A stretch of 63,660 nucleotides of DNA, filler included, from Craspedostauros australis (lineage: Eukaryota): NCBI GenBank assembly GCA_030167865.1. It is 6 parts of 6 records of this genome, joined end to end, with 100 filler letters (N's around TTAATTAATTAA, not from the genome) between each part and the next. Parts side by side here need not be neighbours in the genome. Positions count along the whole stretch, not along the records: positions 19,744 to 51,387 come from JALAGF010004601.1; 5 more parts are not named here. One strand, written 5' to 3'. A program made the translations under genes and the position numbers. Below, piece by piece: positions 19,744 through 31,639 of the stretch. Each line of letters opens with the position of its first letter. Within the stretch, counting starts at the first letter, position 1. The notes beneath the pieces were generated by a model. It made no database searches. It was not told where the DNA came from and saw only the letters and a list, made by a program, of their open reading frames with translations.

Positions 19744-20711
19744 CAGACGACCCATACGACTCCAGGGCACCATTCACAGGAAGGAGACGGGACACGACAG
19801 AAATGCGAGTCACCCACGCGACCCCGCAACAGAGACCCGTCGTAACGGTTATAACGGCCACACATGGGCCGATCGCTTAAGTAATGACACTTCGAACCAT
19901 GTGCGACAACGGTCATCTGATGGCAATGCGGAGCTCACAAAATGAACGACTGCGGCGACAAAATCGAAACACAAACGAAAATTCGAGAACACGGAATGCA
20001 CTATCTTGAGTAGCATTACAAACCCGCCAAGAGAGACAGAATCGGATAGTGAAGCAGGATCAAGACCCGCTCCGAGCAAATGAGAAACAAAGGAGGCCAA
20101 ACGCGAAGGATCGAGGAGCCCAAAACAGAAAGAGAGAAGAAGAGAAAGTAAACAACAAAGCAGAGAAGCGATGGGACAGCGACGATCGAATCACCCACAA
20201 TTTGGAAAAGACAACAGAATTGTCACACCTCCGCTTCGACGTACGCTTCCTTCAACGCTTCAAAAATTTTTTAACCCACCTTCCCGCCCTTTGGGGATTC
20301 CAGCGCTCTCCCTCCAACCATGATCGAATCAGTCAACACCAACGCAAACAGCCGAGGCAGAGACCTGAGACGAACTTGGCTAGGAGGGATCGAGCCGGAT
20401 GATCCAAGGCAAGCTTGGAGGTGCTAGTAAACCTACCACCCAACGCAGACAAAAGCTATGTGACTATGGATTAGCCATGCCGATCGCGCGTGGGCGATCT
20501 GGCGAAGAAATTGCGTGCGAGCAGAGAGTGCCGGCGCCGACGGGCACACTCCTCACTCCGCTGCCAGAAGTACGTATCTGCATCATAGCATACATTCTCC
20601 CCAGATCGTATCTTTTCATTTATTATTTCAAGGTCAATTTAATTGTTGTCGTTGTTGTATCTATTCATGACGAGTGCTCATTGCCAATAATAACGTGCAG
20701 CAAAAGGATCT

Positions 20712-23306
20712 CTAGTTGTCATCGCTGTCGCTCTCGCTGTCACTGTCGTCGACGGGTGCTGCGATGACCTTCTTGACGGTCCAGCTGCGCTTCTTGGGAC
20801 CTGCACCACCAACCCAATCGTCGGGCCGCTTGTTGATGGAAGATGGCTTGGGCGTCCACTTCTTCCTGTGAGACACTCGCTTGCGCGGCACGATGCCGTC
20901 CGGGTTGGCCGATGGCAGGTATTCGTCCACTCTGTTGGTGTCACCTTCTCGTACATGCCGCATGCGAATGAACTTCTTGGGATCTGGCTTGTCATCGTCG
21001 CCATCGTCATTCGCAGGTTTGCTGTCCGTTGTGACGGAAGACTTTGATTGTTCCGTGTCTGGAATGGCGGATTCTTCCTTTTGTGGTTCGGCCTGTGTGA
21101 CGACTGGCTTGGGAGAAATCTTGATCTCCGTTGCAACAACGACTGGCGGCGGCTTCTCGGTCGGCTCGTTAGCATTGCCCGATGGTTCCGCCACCTTGTC
21201 ACCATCGGATGACGCGGTGCCGTCCGGCAACATTTCCTCCTCATACTCCTCGGACCAGTTCTCGTCATCGGTGGATTGCTCGTCCGGCACAACAGGTGCA
21301 TCAAATTCGGAGTCCGAATCCACTTCCACAGCCGAAGATTCGTCATCGCTGTCCCTCTCGATGCGCACAATTTCGATCTTGCTGGACTTGTCATGGTCGC
21401 TCCCCGCACGCACTTCGACGTCTGCTGTCGGTCCCGCATCGTCCGCCCCCAACGGCTTCCAGTTCATGTCCATCGATTGTCGCTTGGTGGCCGCGTCAAC
21501 GGTGGAAGTGGTTGCGCTCTCGTCCTTTAGCTCTTGCACCTCCTCCTCGTCTTCGTCCTCCACCTGTGGTTGTTCCACCTCCGTCGCCACCTTCTCATTA
21601 TTGTTGCCGTTGCTGTTGCTGTTATTAATGTCCTCATCTTCGTTGTCTTCCTCGTCGCTGCTGCTTTCGGGTGGCTTGGACGACACCTTCTTGACGGTCC
21701 AGCTCCTCTTTTTGGGACCGCCACCACCAACCCAATCATCCGGGCGTTTGTTCTCCGAAGTCGGCTTGGGCGTCCACTTCTTCCTGTGTGAAACTCGCTT
21801 GCGCGGAACGATGCCATTCGGGTTGGCCGACGGCAGATACTCGTCCACTCTGTTGGTGTCCCCTTCACGCACATGCCGCATGCGAATGAATTTCTTGGGA
21901 TCCGGCTTGTCATCATCATCATGCGTGCTGTCGTCCTTGTCGCGGACGGCCTTCTTGATATCTTCGTCATCGCTCGCGGCGGATACTGCGGTGGTCCTTG
22001 ATTTGCGTGCATATTGCAAGGCGCCGTCGCTGACATGTCCCGCATCCTCGTCTTCGATCTGCGGCGGCATGGCAAGAGTCACCGTGTTCTTCCTAGCTTT
22101 GGTGGGCGATTTTGGTTTCCAGCTCGCTCTCGTCGAGGCGCAGCGTGGTTTCTGGTTTGGCGACACGGCCGATTGGAATGGCTTGGATGTGCCGCCGAAA
22201 ACGGACGGGATGTTGAGCTTGCCGCGCGGGCTCGTGAATTTCTTGGTGGGGGTGGATCGCACATCCGGAGCCTTGCTGACGGATTGCGGAGACAGCAGAT
22301 GCGCATCGGCAGTGGATTTCGTGGTGACAGTCTTGCTGTGTCCATTTTCGGTAGGCTTGTCGTGATGCTCGCTGTTCTCGGAACTGTCTTCGTCATCGGC
22401 GGGCTTGGCCACGGGCTTGCTCTTGACCTTCCAGGAACGCTTCTTCGGACCTGCCGATCCCACCCAATCATCCGGGCGTTTGTTCTCCGAAGTCGGCTTG
22501 GGCGTCCATTTCTTGCGGTTGTTCACACGCTTGCGCGGCACAATCCCATCCGGATTGGCCGATGGCAAGTACTCATCGACTCTGTTGGTGTCCCCTTCGC
22601 GCACATGACGCATGCGAATGAACTTCTTGGGATCCGGCTTGTCGTCGTCGTCGTCGTCGTCATTCGCAGGTTTGCTGTCGCTGTTGTTGGTGTGGTCACC
22701 ATCGTGGCTGTCGGAAGCAGATGGCTCGTTGGCTGTTGTTGCGGCAGGAGCGACGGCATCGGAGTTGGCTTCGCTCTCATCGTTCTGCGTAGGTTCCGTT
22801 TCGGTCTCCTCCTCTTCCACCGCAGCTGGAGATAGCTGGTCTGGTTGTTTGGCCTCTTTCGCTTCCTTGACTTCTTCCACTTCTTTCACTTCTTGCATCT
22901 CCTTGATCTTCTGCTTGACTTCTTTTGCTGGTTCTTTGGCAACAGCCGCCGGCTTGTCCGTCTGCACTTGCGTGACCTTGCCGTTCTTGTTGCCGTCCTC
23001 ATCATCTTCGCTGTCTTCCTCGTCGCTGCTGCTTTCGGGCGGCTTCGACGACACCTTCTTGACGGTCCAGCTGCGCTTCTTGGGACCGCCGCCGCCAACC
23101 CAATCATCCGGTCGCTTGTTTTCGGTCGTCGGCTTGGGCTTCCACTTCTTGCGGTTGTTCACACGCTTGCGCGGTACGATGCCATCCGGATTGGCCGATG
23201 GCAAGTACTCATTGACGCGGTTCGTGTCGCCTTCGCGCACTTGCCGCATGCGGATGAACTTCTGCGGATCCGGCTTGTCGTCGTCGCTGTCGTCTCTTGT
23301 TGCCAT
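20712..23306 (-). CDS. 864-aa hydrophilic protein with four near-identical ~80-aa repeats separated by acidic disordered linkers
   Basis: Repeat DDDKPDPKKFIRMRHVREGDTNRVDEYLPSANPDGIVPRKRV..RKKW.PKP...NKRPDDWVG..GPKKRSW.VK occurs four times. Many DNA differences between copies are synonymous in this frame. Confidence 0.88.
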   Translation of the reverse strand: MATRDDSDDDKPDPQKFIRMRQVREGDTNRVNEYLPSANPDGIVPRKRVNNRKKWKPKPTTENKRPDDWVGGGGPKKRSWTVKKVSSKPPESSSDEEDSEDDEDGNKNGKVTQVQTDKPAAVAKEPAKEVKQKIKEMQEVKEVEEVKEAKEAKQPDQLSPAAVEEEETETEPTQNDESEANSDAVAPAATTANEPSASDSHDGDHTNNSDSKPANDDDDDDDKPDPKKFIRMRHVREGDTNRVDEYLPSANPDGIVPRKRVNNRKKWTPKPTSENKRPDDWVGSAGPKKRSWKVKSKPVAKPADDEDSSENSEHHDKPTENGHSKTVTTKSTADAHLLSPQSVSKAPDVRSTPTKKFTSPRGKLNIPSVFGGTSKPFQSAVSPNQKPRCASTRASWKPKSPTKARKNTVTLAMPPQIEDEDAGHVSDGALQYARKSRTTAVSAASDDEDIKKAVRDKDDSTHDDDDKPDPKKFIRMRHVREGDTNRVDEYLPSANPNGIVPRKRVSHRKKWTPKPTSENKRPDDWVGGGGPKKRSWTVKKVSSKPPESSSDEEDNEDEDINNSNSNGNNNEKVATEVEQPQVEDEDEEEVQELKDESATTSTVDAATKRQSMDMNWKPLGADDAGPTADVEVRAGSDHDKSSKIEIVRIERDSDDESSAVEVDSDSEFDAPVVPDEQSTDDENWSEEYEEEMLPDGTASSDGDKVAEPSGNANEPTEKPPPVVVATEIKISPKPVVTQAEPQKEESAIPDTEQSKSSVTTDSKPANDDGDDDKPDPKKFIRMRHVREGDTNRVDEYLPSANPDGIVPRKRVSHRKKWTPKPSSINKRPDDWVGGAGPKKRSWTVKKVIAAPVDDSDSESDSDDN
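20766..23295 (-). repeat. Four dispersed ~240-bp coding repeats (~23050-23295, 22420-22665, 21680-21925, 20766-21010)
   Basis: Recurrent strings such as ccaacccaatcatccgggcg, cacatgccgcatgcgaatgaa and tccggcttgtcatcatc. Confidence 0.92.
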
Positions 23307-25861
23307 CTTGGTTGCTTGGGAAGAAGGAAGTCGATGATGAATGAGCTGGCTTGGCTGATAGTAGTGCTACTACTCTGCTGAATGAATGTCTTGCACGTTC
23401 GAATGAGTGCACAACAAGTGCGGGCCAGGATGTTGCCTTGTGTGGTTGTCCCTGTTGTCTGGTCTTCTTTGCTGTCCCTGTCGCTGCTGGTGGTGTCGGA
23501 GCAGAGTCGTACTTGTATTGCCATTTGTATTGCTATTTGTGATTGTGATGGTGATGGAAAATGAAGCCAACAAGAAAGCTGGAGTGATGATCGTGGCCGT
23601 TTGCTTTCTTGATGCCTTGTTGTGTGTCGCGCGGTGCGTTGGGTTGCCTTCGTGTCGTATCTAACGTCGTGTCGTTGTTCGTGAGGTTCGTGTTCGTGTC
23701 GTTGTTGTGTGCGTGTGTGTTCGCATCGTGTGCCGTGTGTTGCGCGCAGTCGCGATTGCCAAGTGAAATGACCATGTCCGTGAGCAAATTTATAAGCCCT
23801 TAGTATTTATGAACCAACCTTGGCGACGATGGATCGTTCGTGTGCAGCGGTCATGAGACTAATCAAGTACCTGTCACAACAATCAGAACACAAATGTGGT
23901 TCCTCACATTTTGGTTTTTGACGACGACCACAGGACAGAAAGTTGATGGACGAGGCGTCGGAGTATGACACAATCCAACCCAATCCAAGTCGACTCGAGG
24001 TCAACCCAAAGTGCAACAATCCCAGAAGCAGACGGAAATGAATACCGCGCTCTCTTTCGCTTGAACGCGCTGCAACTCCCACATTGAATGTCGCATCGCA
24101 TGCCATGCCATGCTTGTCGCTCAAGGGTCCATAAAACCGAAGAGCGTGATGGTTGCATCTCATTTTCTTCGCAGCGCAACTTCCTTTTGCAAGATTGACG
24201 AGGCGCATGATGATGATGATGACAGAGTGGGGGAGTATAGTGTAGTGCATCACAATGCAGAGCGCACACTTCAGCCTCTTGGCATTCACATTGTGGACAG
24301 CCTCTTTCAGCGTCGTGGTTGTCGTGATGCAACCAATACAACAAGACGCCACCACAAGCAGAGAACGAGCGCCTTTCGTCTTGTCTGTCTGACCTTGACA
24401 GCGAGTATCGCCATCTCCAACATGCCTCGCCAAGGCGGACACAAACAAGGAACGACAACCAAGACACCAACATGCGGCTGCTTTCGTGACCTGTTGACAA
24501 AAACTGATTGCCACGACCAAGACCACAAGAAACTTCTCACACGATCGGATTCAAATCATGTTGTTGCGGTCGAATGGGTCGTGTGTGCATGTTACTCCAT
24601 CTGGTCGCTTGTCCGCGCCACTTTCGCAACCTTCTTCTGCCCATGTCGCCACTTTTGACGCATCCTCGGGGCTGTGCTGACACACGCGCTTGGCTTGTGT
24701 GTTCGAGTCGCTGGGACAGAAATCTGAAACGCGGTCTTTATGTGATGCGACTGGAACTCGAAGGAAGGCATGTTTATGCGGAGGGGCACAAGAAGCGTCC
24801 AATTTGAATCAAATTCTCGGAAGGACGTTTGCGGCGTTCTTCACCGTGGAAGAAGAACAACCGCGAGAGAAAAGAGAGAGCAGAAACGATCATCCAAGTT
24901 CGCGGTTGCGTGGGTGGGCAATTCTTGTTGGTTTGCGTGCATGTGTGCAGGTTGTACTGGTTTGCTGTGTGGAGGCAACCAAGACCAAGACCACAACCAA
25001 GACAGATCCAGCTCAAAGCAAAGGTGCATGGAAGGGAGGCCGTATCCACAACAACAACAGCAACAACAATAATAATAACAGTAACAGTATTGGGAATTGA
25101 GACAACGACACTCAAGAAGCATCAAGAGTGACAACAACTTGGACACTCTCTGCGCGTGCGAATTGATGCGCACAACGACGAAGAGACAAACACGAACGAA
25201 TCCGCGTCGCCTCAAACGCAAACGAACCCGAACTCTGCTCGTTTGGCGCACGACCATTTGCATCATCCAACCAAGCTGTTGACATCGACATCGCCATCAT
25301 TCATTGACCATCGGACGGGAACTCGTCGTCAGCTTTGGCGCGACCTTGGCGCATGCGCCGTTGCGTTGGTGACCACAGCACAGCAGCCACGACAAGAGGC
25401 GGAACGAACTCTGGAAGCAGGACAACAGGAGACAAGAGGAACGAGCAAGAAAGCAACAGATGCAGATAGAAGGACAGAAAGACAGAAAGACAGAAGGATA
25501 GATCACAGATCGTTCAGATTCAGCTGAAGACAAGTGTGCATTGAACCCAACGCAGTCTAATTGCTCTTCGCGTTTGGCAGATCGTATAATACCAACCTGC
25601 AACGTGCTATTGGCACCAAAGCAAAGCACGCCAAAGCCATAGTCGTAGCAAACCATTGACACACAAACGCACAAGCATCCAGGACATCCCTCCTTCGCCT
25701 TGTCGTTGTCCACAGACGCGATACTGTGACGAGGAGTACGGCAGCTACCTGCTGCTACAGCAAGAACACGACCAGACGCAACCGCCACGTTGGGCTGCAG
25801 CAATCATCCACAATCATCCACAACACAACCATTCAACAACGCAACACAGCATAACGCAACC

Positions 25862-28729
25862 ATGCGAACAACTGCGACCATGGCGCTACCTGCAACCTTG
25901 CCAATGGCAGCGCCCAGTAGCGGCATCAGCAAGAACGAAGAACACGACACCGCCGTCAGCCTCCCAACCACGCGCGTTGCATCCCGCGGCGCCGATGCAG
26001 ACGTCCTGCCGTCCCAATCCAGATGGGGACCATCGGATGCGTCGCGCGATTCCAGCAGGTTGCCGCCTGCTTTCCGTGGTTGCACCAGCCCCAGCCACGC
26101 CAGGCGCAAGCTCACCATCGCCTCGTTGGATTCCAACAGCGCCGACACCAACGAGCTCAGCGCTCTGCTTGGCATTGGTGACAGCGATCACGATGATGAT
26201 GATGACAATGACGATGATTCACCGAAGCACGTTGCTACAAGTGCGCAGGAAGACAGTCTGTTCTCGTCATCATTCCTCCTTGCGACCCGCTCTCCTTCCA
26301 AGCCGCAGCATCATTCCCTTTCGACTGCGGCTACTGCTGCTATGCCACATGCACAAACCTTCATTCCAGACGCTCGCGCTTGTCTTTCGCCCACGATGCC
26401 CGCGGAATCCCTCGACATGAACAGCGTCCACGCAAATACTAATCACCAGGACGCATCGCACGGGCTTTTGGACGCGCATCTGCTGCTGAATCAAGCCCCG
26501 AGCAGCGAATCCAGCAAGGAGGAGGAACGGCTGTCGCCTTTTCGATCGCCGCGCCAAACCACGAAGCACATGTGCCATTCGCCAGCGGATCTCAAGCAAT
26601 CGCATCTGTCGCCCAAGCGACCAAGCACCAAGTTCGCATCTGCTGTGCCCGCCGCACTCCCTTTCTTCGATGAGGAATGTGCGAGCGAACCCAAGCCGAC
26701 CACAGCGCAAATCGCCCTGAGCCCGCGCACAGCCGTCACCGACGCCATCACTGCGACTGCGCACAGCCCTGATGTTCGTGGGGGTCGCAATGTGGGACAG
26801 CGCAACAAGCAGAGCAACGAGATGGACGACGGGGACAGCCTTGTGTGCGATCATGAGACCGAGCTATCCGGCAGCCCAAGCAGGCATGACGACCACAGAA
26901 AGTCGTACGATCGCCACCATTCTCTCTCCAACAAACGACGCAAACCGCAAGCCAGAAACGATCCAACCCATCCGCCACCAGCACATACATCGTCGGAGGA
27001 GTCCCTGCCGCTCTCGTTTCTCAAGAACTGCACACTCGCCGACGCCATACAGCACCACCATCAAACCGTGGTCGACCACGCGGCGAACACCATCACGCAC
27101 GCGGCGCGCAACAACTACCCGGGCTTCGAATACATCGCGGCAAAGCCCAATTCCAGCATCTCCTCGCTCAGCATGCCCACCATCGTCCTTGATGACAGCC
27201 TCACCACCACCTACTTCTCCCCGAGCCTCTGCACGTCCGCGTCAGTATCGGGACAAAACGACTCCTTCCGCAGCCGCAGCACATCCTTCACAATCCCCGA
27301 ATCCAGCACCGTTGATGACGAACCCATGCAACGCGAGCCGACAACGGATACCATGATCCACGCGCCGCTCGACGAGCGACAGACGCCACGAGATGAACAA
27401 GAGAAACGCAACAGCATCAACAATGCCGTCTTGCCATCCGCGCGTCGCGATCATCATCGACAGCGTGCGCATCAACCATCCATGAAGGCCGCGGAGCTAA
27501 GACGCAACAGACTCCACAAGGCCTCCGAAACGCGATGGCTCGCTGCTGTCATCACGCGACATGTCAACCGCCATTCCGTCAACGCCATGATCGCCTCCAG
27601 GAATGCAAGGACGGATGCATCGCGTCCTATCATCTCGCGTCGCGTGTCGCACGAAGACATGCAAGATGCCGACGCTGCTGAGAAGGACGACGACGATATT
27701 GATGTTCACAGCGACAACGAAAGCGTCGACGACGAGCAGGGCAGCGACGACTATGAGGAGGATTACGAAGACCTGAATGCCTCCAGCGATGTCAGTATCG
27801 ACAAGACCGACAAGCATCAGAATATGCGCATGTCGCAAAACAGCAGGAGACGATCCACGCTGCGCAGCAAGAGACTCGGTCTTCGCAAACTGGGAGACGG
27901 TGCCAGCAACGCGGATACCTCAGACGATGAATCGATCACGGGCAAGCAGACGCCGACGGATGCCCGCCGTCAATCGGAACGCCGCCGCAGACGACGCAAG
28001 GCCACGCCACCCAAGGAGAAGCAGATGAGCACCGACACGCCCGTCACCGCACGAGAATCAGAATCCGACATCAACAGCAGCATGAAGAGATCTTCCTCGA
28101 TCATAGACGATGCGAGCCAAGGCGGGGACGCAAGTACGCAGTTCCACGAAGACGAGACTCTGCAGGATGACATTTCCTCGAGCCGTCGCAAGTTCTGCGT
28201 GGAGCGTTGCAACAGCATATCGTCGCTGTCGTTGACGATGCTGGGCGACGATTCGCACAGTTCGGAATTCGACGATTCGTTCATCATGGGCAGTGCCAAG
28301 CTCGCCTACGGTGCATCCCACCTTCCTCCGGGAACGTACCTCGATGACTCCTTCACGCTCCCGCCGGGCGAGCCAGGCGAGGATGCTCAGCATGGCTCGT
28401 GGCTGGACAAATCCACCAGCGAGTACCGTTGGAAGGCGTCGATCGCAGACATCATGGCCCTCGATGGCGAAGAAGATAGCAACGACGCAGATGCTCACGC
28501 AATGCTGGCGACGCGCATGGCGCCACGCGCCAAGATGGGAAATCCTGGCTCATTGTCGCTTGCCGCGCCGCCACCACCGCCGCCGGTATCACGAACCTTG
28601 ACACCGACATCCATTCGAGGCAAGCGGAGGTCCTCCGCCAGTCGCAAGCAGCGCTTCATCCCATTGCCCAGACGGCAACCATCGTACCATTCGATCGTGG
28701 AACATGACGATTCACCCGATGCGTCATGA
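25862..28729 (+). CDS. ~955-aa intrinsically disordered S/D/R-rich hypothetical protein
   Basis: Uninterrupted 2.9-kb ORF with first ATG at 25862. No recognisable domain; many SP sites. Confidence 0.7.
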   Translation: MRTTATMALPATLPMAAPSSGISKNEEHDTAVSLPTTRVASRGADADVLPSQSRWGPSDASRDSSRLPPAFRGCTSPSHARRKLTIASLDSNSADTNELSALLGIGDSDHDDDDDNDDDSPKHVATSAQEDSLFSSSFLLATRSPSKPQHHSLSTAATAAMPHAQTFIPDARACLSPTMPAESLDMNSVHANTNHQDASHGLLDAHLLLNQAPSSESSKEEERLSPFRSPRQTTKHMCHSPADLKQSHLSPKRPSTKFASAVPAALPFFDEECASEPKPTTAQIALSPRTAVTDAITATAHSPDVRGGRNVGQRNKQSNEMDDGDSLVCDHETELSGSPSRHDDHRKSYDRHHSLSNKRRKPQARNDPTHPPPAHTSSEESLPLSFLKNCTLADAIQHHHQTVVDHAANTITHAARNNYPGFEYIAAKPNSSISSLSMPTIVLDDSLTTTYFSPSLCTSASVSGQNDSFRSRSTSFTIPESSTVDDEPMQREPTTDTMIHAPLDERQTPRDEQEKRNSINNAVLPSARRDHHRQRAHQPSMKAAELRRNRLHKASETRWLAAVITRHVNRHSVNAMIASRNARTDASRPIISRRVSHEDMQDADAAEKDDDDIDVHSDNESVDDEQGSDDYEEDYEDLNASSDVSIDKTDKHQNMRMSQNSRRRSTLRSKRLGLRKLGDGASNADTSDDESITGKQTPTDARRQSERRRRRRKATPPKEKQMSTDTPVTARESESDINSSMKRSSSIIDDASQGGDASTQFHEDETLQDDISSSRRKFCVERCNSISSLSLTMLGDDSHSSEFDDSFIMGSAKLAYGASHLPPGTYLDDSFTLPPGEPGEDAQHGSWLDKSTSEYRWKASIADIMALDGEEDSNDADAHAMLATRMAPRAKMGNPGSLSLAAPPPPPPVSRTLTPTSIRGKRRSSASRKQRFIPLPRRQPSYHSIVEHDDSPDAS

Positions 28730-29649
28730 TCTTCGCTTGCGCATTGATGGCAGAGCATAACGTATGGTTGCATCACAAAATTGGTCACTGTCAGCAGCAA
28801 CGACACCACACATGGAGGCATTCATGATCATTGCTGGTGCCAATGGAGCGGCGTTGAAGATGCATTCTTTCCAGCTTGGAGCTCCGAGTGATCTCCTTCG
28901 AAGTGGGGCGTCATGGCATATCCATACTCGTCGCCAGGTGATTTACACAGACTACAAACAATGCACACAAATAACATGTACGGATAGTACACGATTGTCA
29001 TTGTGCTCTTTGATCGCCACAAGGCATATTGCTGTTCCACATACGTACTCGAGGCGGATCTTGGTATTGATGAATGCTGCATGCTGCTTCGGGTACCTAT
29101 TCCGACGAAAGTCAGGCGATAACAGTGATGATGGGAGATCAAGATCACGGTTGCACCTGTCCATTGGGACATCACATGAGCGGAATTGGTCGAGCACAAG
29201 ATCTTTTCTCGTTGGATTTGCAACTGCGTCGCGACGTCAGCTTCATAGTTCTCTCCTTTGTGATCCGGGTGACGACGCAATGTCAGCCAACTTGCACCCC
29301 GCGCTCAACGAGTATTTGCCTCTCTGTGTCTGTGAAGTCACGATCAGTCGGGTTCGTTCTTGGAACGGAGTGTTGGTATTCCTGCCCACCAAATGGTGAG
29401 GGTGATGCGCGAAGGCTACGAACCAACACCTTCCCAAAAGCAGAGAGAGCAGAGTGCGGAACTCTCCCGGAGTTGGACTCATCTCTAAGAGAGGTGAGTG
29501 AGAAGAGAACTCAGCTGTGCAGGAATTGGGTGTAGGTCTGTTCTGTTGGCAAGGAATGACAACCCATCACCATCAATAGGATCCACCCTCCTCGACTTCA
29601 ACGCCTCACAAAACGCAAACAAAAGCAAACAACAACAACACACGTCACA

Positions 29650-30507
29650 ATGAACTTTGAAAAGTACCCCTGGATCAACGACCTCGAATCCGACGAGGCA
29701 ATCGAGGCGATCCGCAAGGCGCGCGAGTCGTTTGTGAAGAACGGCGCCGTAACCTTCCCAAACTTCATCACCGACGCAGCCATAAAGGAATGCGTTCGGG
29801 ACGTTGAAGCCGTGGAGGCTGATGCTTTCACGATCGATGACCTGCACACGCCCTACCTCCGACCAGTCAACAAGGACCTGCCCGCCAACTCCGTGCAGAA
29901 CTTCGAGATGCAAACGCACGCGGCGACCGTCGCAACCGACGAGCTGCCGGCAGACGGCGTCCTCTTGAAGCAGATCTACCGCCATCCCGCCTTCGCCAAG
30001 TTGGTGGCAAAGATCGTGGGCAAGGAACAGCTGTACACATCCGACGATCCGGTGGGTTCCTGCTCCGTGAACGCGTTCCGCCCGCCGATGCGCCACGCCT
30101 TCCATTTCGACGAAAGCGAATTCTCGACCACACTCATGCTGCGAGAATCAGAAGTGCCCGGGTCCGGACTCTTCCAATACACCGATCCGACCCGCAAGGA
30201 CAAAACCGAACTGGCCTATGCCACCACAGCCAGAACCATCGCAGCGTACGAGGAGACAGCCCGCGGCGTCAAATTCGCCGAACTGGAGGGCACCGACGAG
30301 GACGGCGAAGTCCCAAGGCTGCACACGCTGGACTTCCGAGTCGGCACACTCTCCCTGTTCGCAGGAGCCAGATCCTTGCATCGCGTGACGAAGATCGAAG
30401 GCAGCTGCTCCAGGCTCGTGGCGGTCCTCACATTCGCGTCTCAGCCGGGATTTCGCAACTCCAAGACGGTGCGAAAGATGTTCTGGGGCAGGACCGGCGA
30501 GGAGTAA
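29650..30507 (+). CDS. Fe(II)/2-oxoglutarate dioxygenase, BesD/HalD/ArpA-like family (copy A)
   Basis: HFD (30103-30111) ESEFSTTLML...GLFQY...GTLSLFAGARSLHRVT...RLVAVL gives the HxD...H triad plus the 2OG-binding Arg. Intronless. Confidence 0.85.
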   Translation: MNFEKYPWINDLESDEAIEAIRKARESFVKNGAVTFPNFITDAAIKECVRDVEAVEADAFTIDDLHTPYLRPVNKDLPANSVQNFEMQTHAATVATDELPADGVLLKQIYRHPAFAKLVAKIVGKEQLYTSDDPVGSCSVNAFRPPMRHAFHFDESEFSTTLMLRESEVPGSGLFQYTDPTRKDKTELAYATTARTIAAYEETARGVKFAELEGTDEDGEVPRLHTLDFRVGTLSLFAGARSLHRVTKIEGSCSRLVAVLTFASQPGFRNSKTVRKMFWGRTGEE

Positions 30508-31639
30508 CAAGTAGAGTGGAGCAGAGTACCTTACCTCACTCTGTTGGTATCTATTACATGATGTGCTGCCGCGCACGCAGAGTGAAGTGGAATGCTGCGT
30601 GGTCGCCTGGTGCCATCATTTGTGGGGGCTGGTGTAAATTGCAGAAATCGAATATAGTTGTATGTCAGTGAACAACCTAGTCATCACTCGCGGACTGACA
30701 CGTGTGAGTGTGTCATCGTACGATCACGGCGAAGCGTGGTTGGCTTCCGATGTCCGCGAGGCGATGCGTCAACAACAACGCCGTCGTGACAAACCAGGAT
30801 GCATGTGAAACGGTTAAATCGGCGTTACAACGTGGACATAGGTGTCAACCAATCAGGTAGCAACAGCCACGTAACTCAGCGTGCAAGAAGGTCTCCATAA
30901 CACTCATAATCTGCGTTCTTACGCTTTCACAACACTTTTGGGTTTCATGCGTGTAATAACTTGGTGACGTGCCCACCGGAACAGAAGCGGATTTTGCCAA
31001 ATAACAACAGAGCACAGTCCGTGAGCGCATTAATTAACCATTCCGTTTGCTGCCTTGACGCAAACGTGCACGTTGTTGGACTGTTCAAGATGCCAACATG
31101 TGGAGTGTCGTGTGTTTCCTTCGCTACGTACGACAACGACAATCCACGTATTCTTCGACGTGTGCTTGTCGATTCGTGGAAACGTTTAGGTCGATCGAGT
31201 CAAAGTTCTCTCATTCGCGGATTTTGGTTCGCATGCGAGAGACAACAAGCCAATGAAACGTCGCGAATCTTCGTCGTCACTGCAGTCTCAACCAGATCCA
31301 CCAAAGTGACGGATTTGGGTGGAGATCCGTTTCCCCGATTCCAAGTCAAGGCCCTTCCGAATCATGTGCGCAAAACCACGCGACCAATGATGATGGTGAG
31401 AAGAAATGAGAAACAAAGTAGCGGAGCTCTGCGAGGACGACTGGATGGCAAGCATTCCCGACTTCGGCCAAACGGAGAACCGTTCTGGCAATCTCCGGAG
31501 TGCTCCAGTGCACCAGTGCAAAAAGGATTTCGCTCCTCCTCGATTCCAACACCTCGCAACGACATAAAACAAAAGAGCAACAGCCGACAAACAAACGCAC
31601 ACTGCCAAGCCAACAACCACAACAACAACAGTCATCACA

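Noticed and set aside
20555..20570. Minus-strand TGGCAGCGG resembling a tRNA-Leu primer-binding site
   Set aside because: Only 9 nt, not preceded by an LTR-terminal CA, and no gag follows within the contig.
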